A DNA stretch of 64,000 nucleotides from Camelus dromedarius (lineage: Eukaryota), in NCBI RefSeq assembly GCF_036321535.1, contig NC_087436.1:66714001-66778000 (forward strand). The letters run 5' to 3'. A program made the position numbers and the translations under genes. Below, one piece after another: positions 13,321 through 26,464 of the stretch (position 1 is its first letter; every line of letters starts with the position of its first letter). The notes under the pieces are model-generated. The model was not told the DNA's origin and made no database searches. It saw nothing but the letters and a program-made list of their open reading frames with translations.

Positions 13321-13949
13321 TTTCTCTGAGATATAATTTTGAGCAAAGAACTTTAAATTGCATGCAATTATCTATTCATCTGCAAAATGAGAACTCTGTA
13401 GATAAAACATCAAATGTCCAAAATTATAAAAGAAAGAAGGTATCTAATGAAGGAAACCCAACATATACATCTTTGACTGAAGCTATGGTAACCTAATCTA
13501 TACTTCAGGGCAATTTCAGTTATGGGCCAGCTAATACTCTCATGTTTCCACATGTAACTTTTGCATCATGAAGAACTGTGAAGATATGGGCATTCATGGA
13601 TGCTCACTACCAGACTTTGGACCTAAGTCAGGAGAAGAGAGACTAAAATTTCTTATCCTGAGAGAAATCTACTAGAGAATGTAAATAATTAGTACTTGAA
13701 ATGAAGGTTAAAACATATGCTTTATCGTATGCTTTATAAACCCACAAGTGACCCTGACAAATTCAAGTTTGAAAGTACTGATTTAACATATACGTACTTA
13801 CACTGCACAATTCAAATGGCTAATCCAATTATTACGAATGAGTTTTTGGAAATAGCTATTACAGTTTATCCTGAAAGATCTGAAGAAATTTTATAGGTTT
13901 TTCTCGCTCACACAGCAATGATTCTGCATATACAATACAAAAACATGAA

Positions 13950-13981
13950 GTGTGTGCGCGTGTGTGTGTGTGTGTGTGTGT
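13950..13981. repeat. (TG)n microsatellite with CG interruption
   Basis: Direct reading. Confidence 0.95.
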
Positions 13982-14185
13982 CCCATATTCCAACTCTTGG
14001 TTGTTTTGTCCAACTCCTATTAGATCACTAGTTTGGTTTATTTTTGTTTCCACTGTCTTGTTATTATATTACATGTAAACGTAACTTCATTCTTTGAAAA
14101 TAACTTGACCATAAGAGTCTCGTTCAGTGCTTTGAGAATTTAATTTTTTTGTGACATATATATCATGCTAAAGAATGAATGTTTT

Positions 14186-14368
14186 AGATAAACAACAGGG
14201 TTCTCCTGGATAGCACAGGGAACTATATTCAATATCTTGTAATGGCCTATGAGAAAGAATAGGAAAAGGAATATATATGCATATATATAACTGAATCACT
14301 ATGCTGTGTACCAGAAATTAACAGAACATTGTAAATTGACTGAACTTTAATAAAACTTTTTTTTTTAA
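14186..14368 (+). mobile_element. 5'-truncated artiodactyl/camelid-type L1 3' end with 16-bp TSD
   Basis: tagcacagggaactatattcaatatcttgta...actgaatcactatgctgtgtaccagaaatt; flanked by AAAGAATGAATGTTTT (14170-14185) and AAAGAAGGAATGTTTT (14369-14384). Confidence 0.88.
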
Positions 14369-15818
14369 AAAGAAGGAATGTTTTGAGGAATTGTATTTGA
14401 TTAACAAACACAGTTATAGAGTTTGTGTTTATAGACAAATAAAACCTGTCCTTCAGAACATTTCATATTTCTAGATTTTAAGTTAAATTTATTTAAATTT
14501 TCCCAAATGTAAAATTTTATTTCAGGGTCAGCTTATGATCTGATTGTCCTAAGATTCATATGGAAGGTCAGGCCTCTGGGCTTCTCTGTCTTTCCACCCC
14601 CTTCTTCTTCCACCTCACTTCCCACCTCTACCTCTCTTTCCATGGGATAAACAGAATTATAAACATACAGCATTGAGTTTTACATACTGTCATAAATTAT
14701 GTGTCTTTAATGGAATGCTGCTGTTTTTTAATTCTGACCTGTCATTTCAAAAGCTGTCAAATTAATATGAAGAGATTTAGAAAACAGCATGACCATAATG
14801 CATGAAATGTACATATACCTTTATACAATGTGATTATCAGTGAAGAAGTGGGAGAGAAATAAGATCATTTATGCAAGTTAAACTTGTTCTCAGCAGCAAA
14901 GTAGTTTCTTTAAGAATCCCATTTATATTTTTCTAATGAAATTATGAATGAGAATTAAAATGGTATTAGAAAAATGTTTCTAGTAAAGGTTAAATAACTT
15001 TATTCTAATATTGATAGATGCATTAAAGTATTTTCTTTTATGTTGTTGTCTTACTTTTTTGTGATTTCCAACAATGTCCACTTTATTCCTTAAAGTACAT
15101 ATTAAATGGTCAATTTAGCAGTAATAGTGTGAGAAAAATTTGATAAAAATTAAATATTTTACATTTCATGCTGAAGGTGCTGCTCTATTTACAATGATTT
15201 TTGAAAAGAAAATTGAAAATGTCTTAAGATGTGCTATTTTACTCATTTCATTTTTCTATATAGGAATTTTTATAGCTAGGCAAAATTTGAGGTGTGTCCC
15301 CTTTCCAAATATACTAATTTTACCATGACCACGTGTAATCTTAAGTAATACCCAAAGCCAATTTTAATGGTGATAAACTATTTTTCAGCATAGGCTTATG
15401 AATCTAAACATGATAAGAATCATATTGTTACATAAAAAGTAATTTGAGTTTTGTCAACAAGGCACACTTAGTTTTAGAAAAGCTGCCAAAATAATGAATT
15501 GCCATTGTTGTGATGACATTTCAGCATTTTTTCAAGTGCTATTCCATAATATTAAATAATGAAAAACACTGCTTTATGGTGTTAAAATGGCAGAATGAAA
15601 AGTAGGGTATAACAAGAGGTGTTTAATTGATGTTGCAGCCAACTCTTGATTATTCAGGATGCCATACATCCATTTGGAGGGGAATCGCTCCCTTACTCAT
15701 CCTTCTCCCTTCTGCTTTACATGCCGTTTAGCCAGATCACTGGTATTTAGCCCCACCGACACTGGCTGGATAGAAGAAGGGAGAGTAGAGATTAATGAAT
15801 ATTCACTAAATTGCAGTG

Positions 15819-15824
15819 TTTATT
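15819..15824 (-). terminator. Candidate intronic polyadenylation signal AATAAA in last intron
   Basis: Minus strand aaaagAATAAAcactgc; UGUA cluster 15902-15915 upstream; pyrimidine-rich downstream. Confidence 0.4.
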
Positions 15825-18800
15825 CTTTTTGTCAGAGTTTTATCACATAGTTATATGTTTAGAATTTTGGGGTTCACTTAGAAGAATCCTGATAATCATT
15901 ATACATGTACTGTACAAGATAAATATATATACATACATTTATATATATCTACATTTGGCCAAAGAAGACTTAACTGTGACCTGGTCATGATTTTCAATGG
16001 ATGAGAACTTGTGGGAGTTAGACTACAAGCTTTAGCTTAACTATGCAGAACACAGAGGATAATAAGTACTCCTATGCGTATTTTAAGTGTACAATAAATT
16101 ATGCATAATGACTTTATTAGTAATTTAGATTTTATTTAAATTAGTGTGCACAAAGTTTGGCTCTAGATATGTGACACTTTCCTTTTCATATTTTAAGACC
16201 CCATTTTAGTAAATGATTACTATTAGGAAACTCTTCAGCTTACACACAATTGGTATAACATTTAAATTCACTGGATTTGGCTCCCTTTGTGAATAATCAA
16301 AAGTTGACAGTACTAGTGTGACACAAGGTTTAAAAAGCAGCTGTAATACTGTTCTTTATTCAGATCTTTGGATTCAATTCGCAACTCACCTCAAACTCAC
16401 AGTTTCCCCTGTCCATAACTCACTGCACTTAAACCCCATAGTACAGGTTGAGCCATTACTGCTACAATAATTGTTCTAATATGAATACCGAACACAGAAT
16501 AGCAATGCTTAGGCATAGAGAACGCAGACGGAAACATCTAAGGTTGGAAGCCACTTTCACTGAACACATTTTTAACTCTAAGATCTCGAAATTCTTCATT
16601 TCTATTCCACATCAAGCCATATATATATGTGCTGGCAAAAAACCAGAAATAAAATTAAACTTTTCTGATGGAAATTTTTAACAAAGTATGGGGTTATGAA
16701 AAATTTTAATTTTTTACTCTTCCTTATTTTAAACCCACCACAAGAATAAATTTGATGGCACAAGTTATAACATGTTTTACGTATATAAGTATATAACAGT
16801 TTGATCTTTTGCTTTATATTAATTAATTTCAGTTTTTCTAAGCATTTATAAATATATTCTTCTGGTTCTCAGTTTCTGTTATACTCTGGCAATAACACTG
16901 GCACTAATATTTTATTTTATTATAGTATCGCACATAAAATTAATAGTTAGATATGGGCAAAGACCATGTGTAAAGAAGTCATTACCTAAGTATTTAAGCA
17001 TTTGTATTTCTTTACTGATATCTTAGTTCCTTTGCCATAATCTTTAATAATGACTGACTTTTTTCGTGAAGGGCACACAAAGTGCTCAGATAATTTTTTT
17101 CTTATATTCCTGACCAAACAAGTAACTGATTACCCACCATTTTGTGAGTTATTTAACACAAAATATTTTGATAAATATCTTCTTACTAACAGGGAAAAAA
17201 TGTGGTCAGAAACCCAATGAACAAGAGGACATATACTTAAAAGGTGTTGGATTCTTCAAGAAATCAGCTTCACTGGAGTTAAGGTTGGCTGGCTCCATTC
17301 CTAGTAAGGAATATACGGTCCCAGGAAACTGAAGCAATTGACACATGGAGACCAACATTCTCTGAACAGGAAGATGTTGGGAAGTCTTTTAATTTTACCT
17401 TACTCTTTCGGTCAGAGTAAATAAATTAAAACAAAATATTTGAAAGGAGGCAATATAGCAGGAGACAGCAAGCTACCAAAGTAACAGAAACAGAGAGAAG
17501 AAATTGAACCAAGTAGAGAAGAACTGACTGGACAAAAATTACTGGAGAATAGAGATGAGGTGCAGACCATCACTCAAAGACAGACGAAGCTTTAAGGGCT
17601 TGAAAGAAAATACACAAGATGAGAGAGTTTGGAGGTAGAAGGGTACACAGGAAAGTAAAGAGAAAAGAATTAAAAGAAATAAGGAAAACTGAAACCATAA
17701 TTCTAAAATATTCAACACATTTATAGTATTTTGGGCCCCCAAAGAAAGTAGGACAGGTAGTTAATGAAAAAACCATTATTGGTGATTATAACTATTCTGT
17801 GTAGGGAGAAGCTAAAAAGTAATGATATAAACATATATATGTATATGTGCTATTTTAATAAAAAAAGAAACATAGTTTAATGCAAATAATTTTATTATAT
17901 ATTTACAAGTAATCTGACATCGGGTAGAAGAAATACCTACAGTATCATTTTAATATAAAATGACAAATGACTTTAATAAATTAAAATGACCATTTTTTAC
18001 TGAAAAATTAAATAGCAATCATGTAAAAATAGTTTTAAATTATCAGTAAAATTTTCTGTTTACTATTTTAAATAGAGCACAAACGAGTTTTTGAGTGTCC
18101 AGAGAAATAATGGGCAAAGTATATGTGTCACCAAATAGATATGATTTAGTGATGATGGTGAAAATGAGATTCAATAAATTAAGACAGCAAGCTGAGTGGT
18201 GATTTTAGATCCTTTTAGTTATAGAAAGAAAGAAGAGAAATGCTGAGAATGTGACATTATTTGGTGATAAATGATGGTACCCTGTTACCTTTTGTGTGGA
18301 TGGGCAGTGAATTCAAAGAACCAGAGAATGCCATGATGGAAACGGTGAGAACCACACATTCAAGTGTTCATATGATGCGAAGTAATGGAAGAGGACTGTG
18401 GTTTAGTGCTTTAGAATGTTCTACCATGTTTTAAACCTTACAACAATATTTTAACCTTTGAATTGGTAGGTAATTTGAAGTAAGTTATCATTATAGTCAC
18501 AGGTTAAAACATCATTCATGTTAATGTAATCTAGATTTAACCACCATAATGACAGTTAATTTTCACAAATAACAAATATTAGGCTAAAATAATTACACAT
18601 ACAGATTATATAATAAAATACAAACAACTTACAACCTTAAAGAATTCCATTTTTAACTCTAGTGATTTTTATTTAATAAGATTTAATAAATTTTATCTTA
18701 AGCGTGCAAACAGAAAAGGGCACAATTGGTTCCACTGAGATTGTACCAAATAAGAAATCAGAGGCAGGATTTAATATATCCTTGGACTGCAAGAATATAA

Positions 18801-19286
18801 GTTGCACCATTTAGAGAGTAAATAAGATTCCTGCCTGGGAAGCTTTATTTAAGCTGCTGTTGCCTGGGTATCCATCATTGCCAAACTTTGAGAACGTGTT
18901 TTGTTGTAGGGCTAGCCACACCAATTGTGCTTACAGTTTTATTTTGTATTTACATTCATGTAACATAGGTTCCAGTATAAAGACTTTGTCAAGAAAACAT
19001 CTTTTCCACAACACAAAGTACAAGTATTTTGCCAAGGAGATGTTATTCCAATTATTTGAATACTCAAATGTGATTTGTTTGAAGCAAAGCAGCAAAGATA
19101 CTGGCCACAAGTAGCATTAAACCATGCAGTTGTTAACAATACAGGCTAAAAATAAAGAGGCTTCTTTGAAAGCTGCCACATGGGGACAAAGGTTAACCGA
19201 TTTCCCTTGACCTCATCCAGATTGGTTTCTGAACAAGTTTTCTCGCCCCAGCAATTATGTAAAAATTATCAGAAAAAATTACTCAC

Positions 19287-19442
19287 TCCAAGGTCACCTG
19301 AGCCACAGCGTCCATTGAACTGTATCCATTTTCCATGAAAATCTCTGTATATCGGCCCATTTTGATTGCTTCTAGCCATTCACCCACTGATCTGTAGGCC
19401 CCAGATCCCAGTGGGCCATGTTCTGCCAATAAAGTAGATACT
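19287..19442 (-). CDS. EPHA5: EPHA5 SAM-domain exon (~17), 156 nt, [51 protein letters not shown](E)
   Basis: gtattttAG acceptor, GTGAGT donor; SAM motif [14 protein letters not shown]; manual translation. Confidence 0.96.
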
Positions 19443-20279
19443 CTAAAATACATAAAACACAAATATTAAAAGTAACATTTTAAATTTTTCCTAAAAAATT
19501 ATATTGTAATATTACCTCATAACCAATAGATCTTTGAGCCTTTAAGCACATTTATAGAAGAAAAATATACAAATGCTAACAAGGAAAAAATAATTCAAAA
19601 TACAGAACACAAAATAAGTCTATTCAGATTTTTTTCTATCTATAGTTAATGAAGACATATAATAGCTTTTAATAAGTAAATTTCTGGTCATACAAAATAT
19701 TAGCTAAAAACTCCATCTAGTGACTTAGATATATTTACATCCTCCTATTGTTTTCTTTATAAAAATAATATAGAAAATGCTACCAAATAGAGATACGTAG
19801 GATAATTTGTATAAAGTCAATCGTTTCTAGACTTCACTAGAGAAACTCATGCTCATTTAAGCTAATTTCCTAGGAGACCAGAAGTTAGTTATCCTTTATT
19901 TTATGCTCTTACACAGAGGGGTGCTTGTTAATTCACCTAGGAGTAGTAGAACTGGAAAATAAAATGTAACTCCAAATATATAAGAAAATGGAATGGAATT
20001 TACCAAATCATGCAATGCTTTCAACTATACTAAATTTATACTCTTTGGTCAATTATATATGATATGATTGATGATGATGATTTCTGGAAATGTATCCTAA
20101 GGAAATAATCAGGAAAAATGGCAAAAAAGCACATGCACACTTTTTCACTAATGAAAGTAAACATCAAAAGTAATTTAAATGGCCATCGCTGCGAGTTTAC
20201 TTAAGTACATTTCAACCACAAGATACAGGACAAAATACCTTTCTCTGCACTCGTGTTCTCTGTACTTTCTCACATCCCA

Positions 20280-21175
20280 CTTACACTTCAACCTACTCCA
20301 AGTGTATTGTCTTCCAAACCAATTCTATAAAAATTGCTCTGGTTAAGGTGAGCAATGACCTCTATTTTGTCAAAATCTGTGAAGAATTTTCCAATATGTA
20401 AGTTCACTGACCTCCCAGAGACATTGCACAACCACCCCTACCACCTCCCTCTTGACATCTTACCTTATCTCAGTCTTTTTTGAATCACTGTTCTCTCTTT
20501 CTTGGCCACCATAATATTGTATGCTTCTCTTCAATCTCCTTTGCTTGCTTCTTGGCCTGACTTTCAAATCTGGAGGTGGCCAGGATTTGGTCCTGCATCT
20601 TTTCTACTCAGGCTATAACTCCACTCTACTTTAGGCAGTTTTACACACTTTCATGTTTCAAATAGCATCTCTTTTTCTCCAGTTTCATCTTCTGCTTCGT
20701 TCTCTTGTACATTCATATGCTTACTCCATATTTCTCACAGGATTGGCATCACAACATGTCCAAAGTCAGAATACTCATTTCCTCCACATCCAATTTCTCC
20801 TAAACTGCTCCTCTTTCTAGTCTACGATACAACAGTCAGCTCCTTCCTTGTCTTCAATCCCCTCACAATCCATCATTGTGAGTACTACCCATTCTGCCTC
20901 CAGTATATTGCAAATCTGAGCACTTTTCTCCATTTAGTTTGTCATCACCTTAGTTCGAGACATCATGTCTTACCTGCACAACTACCCTAGCCCACAGTTA
21001 TCCTCCTAAATTCTACTCTTACTCTCTACTCCAAAACTAAAGTTTGTTTTGTATTGCTTTTAGTTTGCTTCATCTCTCTCACCCCCAATTATGTGTTGCT
21101 CAATGCTATATACTCAGCACCTAGCGCACAGCATGACACAGAGTAGACACATGAATATTTATTGGATGTATAAGT
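20280..21175 (+). mobile_element. L2 LINE 3' portion
   Basis: Pyrimidine-rich body; ends cagcacctagcgcacagcatgacacagagtagacacatgaatatttattggatg, an L2 3' terminus. Confidence 0.75.
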
Positions 21176-21547
21176 AGATATTGTGTGGTAATTTGTAGTC
21201 ATTAAATAGTGGAGTTAAAGATTGGTTGAAGACAGAAATACAGGAGGAAATAGTGAAAAGGATCTTGAAGTAGAGATTATAGAAGAGTTGCAGTTTCTTG
21301 GGTAATAGCCAAATCTAGAAAATGACTATGAAGAAGAGAGTCTAACTAAGGTAGGTTAGAGACCAAAATCATTGAAAGAAGAAAATTCAAGGTATTGAGA
21401 GATTTATGAATGTCATCTACATGGTTACTCAAAAAATCTAGTTTTGTGACATGGGTAGGGATAGGAAGAAAGAGACAATGAATCAGGAACTAATACCTAG
21501 AACCAGGATTTGCAGATGACTGAATAAAGATGGGTCAGCGAGTGGTA

Positions 21548-21699
21548 CAGCCCTCCCTCAGTATCTGCAGGGGACTGGTTCCAGGAGCCTGCTCCCCTAC
21601 CCCGTGGATACCAAAATCCATGGATGCTCAAGTCCGTTATATAAAATGGTGTATGTAGTACAGTTGCCTTCCATCTCTGCAGATACAGAGGGGTGACTG
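21548..21699 (+). mobile_element. MER2/MER2B-like TcMar-Tigger DNA transposon, internally deleted
   Basis: TA-CAG...cctcagtatctgcaggggactggttccagga...ggataccaaaatccatggatgctcaagtcc...atataaaatggtgta; ends gatacagaggggtgactg. Confidence 0.8.
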
Positions 21700-22988
21700 T
21701 GGAGTCTTAAGCTAAATCTGTTTAAATGAATCCTAGCAAGCTGAATTCTATATAATGCAAACAAGGAAACATAAAAATTCTTTGGAGATTTTAAACTGCT
21801 TTCAAGCTATAATGATGATGCTGAGATAAATTAATATAATTTAGAACATAAAAGTATCTTTTTATGATTTCCTTTCCTTATGTCCATTTGTGACAACTTA
21901 ACATAATTCAAACAAGTAGATGAGAGAAAAACAATATTTTACATGACAATAAACAATTTAAAAGCAGTTATTTCAGGAACAACATAAGGAATGATCTCTA
22001 AGATGCATTTGCCAGTTGCTACCACAGAAAGTTAATGATGCTTGAACAGAAGTTGAAGATTCATTCCTCATTTGTATTTAAAAATGACTTTTTGCCTAGT
22101 GAACAAATGTTATACCAGAATCCTAGAACTTATGTAACTTTATAAACAGACTGTTTCTTATTTAGTTCATGCTATGGGCAGCCAATTCAGTTACCAGCAG
22201 AATACCTTTTCTTGTAAAGATAGACAATTGCCTTGAATATAGTGAAAATAAAAATCGGTACAGAATCAAACTGATCTATTTTTTTGAGAGGACAGTTTTG
22301 TAATTTTTCAGGTAAAAAAAGGTAAGAATGCTTTACATAAAGCAAGATTATTTAAACACATTCATAAGCATTCAGAAAATTTTAAAAAATGCTCATTTGC
22401 TCATATAAATTTTTTCAACAAGATTACTCATTTATCAGTTTTAAGTATTGTTCAAACTACATGGTAAATGATTATCCAAATATCTGGACTCAGCTGAGTA
22501 AGAAAAAAAGGTCCCTAAAGGAGTTGTCAGTGTTCACAAAATATGACAGGCAGTGAAATCTACTCTAAGAAAATCAGAGTAATTGTTGTTATATACCTCT
22601 GGTTTAAAATTGGATCAGTGCTTAATTGGCTTTCTCCCATGATCTTATAATCTTATTTCCCCCTAACCAAACTTACGTGGGGTCCAAAGCACTTGAAACT
22701 ACACACATTTGAGGATATTTTTTTAGTGCTACCTGAATTTGTCTATAGTTAACTGGTCAGTTATACTATTAGATCAGGTATAGATGCTTTTAAGTATTAT
22801 TTAATCATTTCTATTTCATTCATTATAAAAGAATAATAGTATTATGCAAAAACTATTTTCATATAAATTAGTGTCATATAAGTTCCTAGGCTCACATGTA
22901 TGTAAAAATAATTTCACTAATTTGATATTTGTGTCATCAATCTGAATTAGCAATATCCAGAAAAAATCTCTCAGGTCTGGCCTTGTAC

Positions 22989-23182
22989 CTGCTCGATGCA
23001 TTAACCAGTGTCTTCAAGCTACTTGGGTTACGAATCAGCTTGTCCAACATGCTAACGATTTCATCAAACTTGGGCCTGCTATTTCGGTCTTTCTGCCAGC
23101 AATCCAGCATTAATTGGTAGAGAGCAGCAGGACAGTCCATGGGGCTTGGCAGACGGTAGCCTTCCTCTACCGCTTTAATCAC
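22989..23182 (-). CDS. EPHA5: EPHA5 kinase C-lobe exon (~16), 194 nt, [39 protein letters not shown]...LKTLVNASS(R)
   Basis: ctatgcAG acceptor, GTACAA donor; inside ORF 22937..23215. Confidence 0.96.
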
Positions 23183-24149
23183 CTGCATAGAGTGAAAGAG
23201 AACCAGTCCCCCCAAACCGCAAATTTAGTACAGAATTGCTGGAGAAATTTCCCAGTGTTCAACTTTCATTCTTTCTGATCCTTACTCTTGGAATAACAAC
23301 CAGCATCACTATTTCTAACATCTTCAATTACTCCACTTGCTGTAAAATAAAATAGCATAGAGAAATAAATATGCTATCACACAATATAAAAAGATAGACT
23401 TTCCTCACATATTATAAAGAAAAATAAATGGTAATAATTTTTAACCTAAATTCTTGATGAAGGGTGATTTGGAAAATTAACTGACATCCAAATAAACAGT
23501 TCATGCTTTATTTATCCTTGCAACCTGGAGTCAAATAGAGATGAACTTTTCTAGTGATTTCTCTGAAAAGGTAATGTCTTTTTAATGAAAAATTATGTGT
23601 AGAATCACATTTTTTAAAGTAAGACAATTATAATTTCACTTCAAAAGAGACTTCTGGATGGTAAATGATGGATAAGTCAAAGGCTAGATTAGCATGTCTG
23701 TCTCATGTATCATTTAATAATGTCAAGGTCTGGCTGTTTATAATCATCTACTGTTTTCTGTCAGGAATTTGGAATAACTGTTTAGTAGCACAGGCTTTAC
23801 AAACGTCATTGATTTTAAATGTAACCACACATGTGAGTATCAGTCTAATTGTGAGATTGTTTTATCAAAAACATTTGTAATGTTGCTGCTGCCATAAAAA
23901 TGCCTAACTCCAGAAGAGATTTGTTTATGCTACTGAACATAATAATACAGGGTTTATTCAACTATTAAAATTCAGATAGTTAAGTGATAACCAAAGACCA
24001 ATAATAATGAGCACATTTCTCAAAATCCGATTGGAATTATTTTCTTAACGGTTAAGTTTAATTATATTTTTCAACAAACACTTCAGATTTGATTTGAGAA
24101 ATGGAAAAAAATATGATGATTAGAATAGAAATTTTACAAAGATAAGTTT

Positions 24150-24650
24150 GAAAGACTGTAGGGAAACCAGTCTTTTAATGATAAAGGAAATGGCATCTGA
24201 ACAAAAGCTCTGGCAGATGGAGAGAAGACGAAATGGCAGATTTAAGAGACATTTATAACATCTGGGTAGAGGAGGGTGTAGAGAAAGTATCTGAGATAAA
24301 ACAAGTTCAAGCCTTTCACACTGGATGGCTACTGCTCTTAATTTTAGGTAAGCACATTTATGGGGGTAGGAAATGTCGACAGCTGTAATTTGGGGCTTGT
24401 TTTATTTGAGGTGAATAAAGGGACTACAGATGGCAATTTGCAGGAATCTGGCTAGAGTACAGGAGGTATTTGGGCTGATATTATAAATGTGAGGGTCATC
24501 AGCACTTGGTCACAGCTTGAAGTTGGGTGTAGTTTATATCTACCCAGGAAGGGCATAAAATAAAGATTCCTGAGAAACACCAATAGTTAAATTTAGGCAG
24601 AGAAATACAAGATACTCAAGGACTCTAAAAATAAATGGTCAGGTTAAAAA
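24150..24650 (-). mobile_element. Degenerate L2 fragment
   Basis: tttggggcttgttttatttgaggtg...gggctgatattataaatgtgagggtcatcagca...cctgagaaacaccaata. Confidence 0.55.
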
Positions 24651-25919
24651 TTGAATAACTATGAGCAAAACACCTGAGAGTCATCTACCACCTTAGTTAA
24701 CTCAAAAACATACAAAAAGTTAAAAGACAAACCCTAGTAGAAAATATTACAAAAACTGTAACTTATGGTTCACATGTCTAATATATTAAAATCTCATGCA
24801 TATTGAGAAATAAAATAAGACAACGAATAAATAAGAAATAGATAGTAATAAAAATTTACCAAAAATGCTAAATCAATTTTGAGAATTATTTATTATCACT
24901 GGTGCTCAAATAAATAAATGGTAAAAATAAAAAGTACCATTTGCACTCATATATAATTTGAAGTTCATTTATTTATTAATTTGCTTATTATAAGACTGTT
25001 CACTGTTGATAAAGGCAGTGGTTATTCTCTTTAGTAACATATATGTACCAAAATTAAATGTCTTAGTTTCTATCATCAAATATTTCCCTATGCAGTGAAA
25101 ACAGTCATTCTTATTTACGTAAAGTCATTCTTATTTACTTATTATATTTCATACCGTGCTTTTCCTCAAAGCTGAAACCAATCAGTTCTACCTTTTTTCT
25201 TTAGCACCTATTTTTTAAAAATATTATCTTTCTTTCCCTGAGCAGCTAGTTTCATATGTGACTATGAAATGAATAAAATAAACCAATTTCTTAGTTTTGA
25301 AGGAATTAATAAATTATTTGATCTGAGAAATTATTTCCAGAATATATTACTTAACAGCTTTATTTTCAGGTAAATTTTTATATGTAAACATAATACTCGG
25401 TTTCTAAGTTAATTACAAACTTGGCCCAGTAATTAGGTCAATGAATTTAATTCTAAATTCATCTTTAGAATTTATATGTAAAATAGATTCAGAGCTATCA
25501 CTTCAAATTTTCTATTTAGACATTTTGAAGTGATTTTTTTTTTTTCATTTTTACCTATTGTTCCTTTCATAGCTCTGGGGAGAAATGAATGGTGTTAGTA
25601 CCCTGGTGGTTTGTGAAATACTGGAATTTTACGAAAGTGCAATTTAGACTGTTCATTTTACCATATAATTTTTAATATATGACCAAATGATTCATAATCT
25701 CAATTTATCTTACTATTACTATTACATTTATTAATCTAAGTGGTTGAGATGAACAAAGAGAAAAAAATAAAACCAGAATTCTTACAATCTGGCACTATTT
25801 CAGATTTCTACATCTGAAAGATCATAAGCTATGCATTTTCTTGGCATCGCATGTAAATCAATAGTCTGAATGTAATTTAAAGGATGCTGCCTCTCCTTTC
25901 AACACCTGAAACCCAACAC

Positions 25920-26170
25920 TGAGCACCTACTATGGCACTATTCACTGAGTAGTGACTCTGTTGGGTCCCTTCCATCATGTAAGGGTCAGTGAATTTTATC
26001 TTTCAGGTACATATACCTATTCTGGGTGTGGTTTACTTTTGCCACCCAGGGAGCCCAGACAGCATTACAAGGTTAGAATGTGTGAGACTCAAACACATAA
26101 TCCCACCTAGTTTATCACGCAACTAGAACATCCACTTCACAGTGAAGGATGGATGTGAGAGTATCACATA
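25920..26170 (+). mobile_element. ERVL/MaLR internal (integrase-derived) remnant
   Basis: gggtcagtgaattttatc...tatacctattctgggtgtggttt...catccacttcacagtgaagga resembles ERVL/MLT internal sequence. Confidence 0.45.
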
Positions 26171-26441
26171 CGTAGTGATGTGATGGTAAATATTTAACAA
26201 TTGGCTCTTCTTGTGGGGAAAACAGATTTATAATATTTTCTCATTTATCTGATATAAATACTCCCTCCATGTTAACTCAATTTAGACATTATTACACTGA
26301 GATTAAGAATAATTTGCTCAATGTCAAATCTTGGAAATTGGTAGTATTTGAATGAGAACTAAATTCCTCATACTTTAATTACAACATGTTATATGTTACC
26401 ATATTTTTTTGTTCTACTATTAAAAATTCCAGCAATATTAT

Positions 26442-26464
26442 ACACACACACACACACACACACA
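26442..26464. repeat. (CA)n microsatellite
   Basis: Direct reading. Confidence 0.95.
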
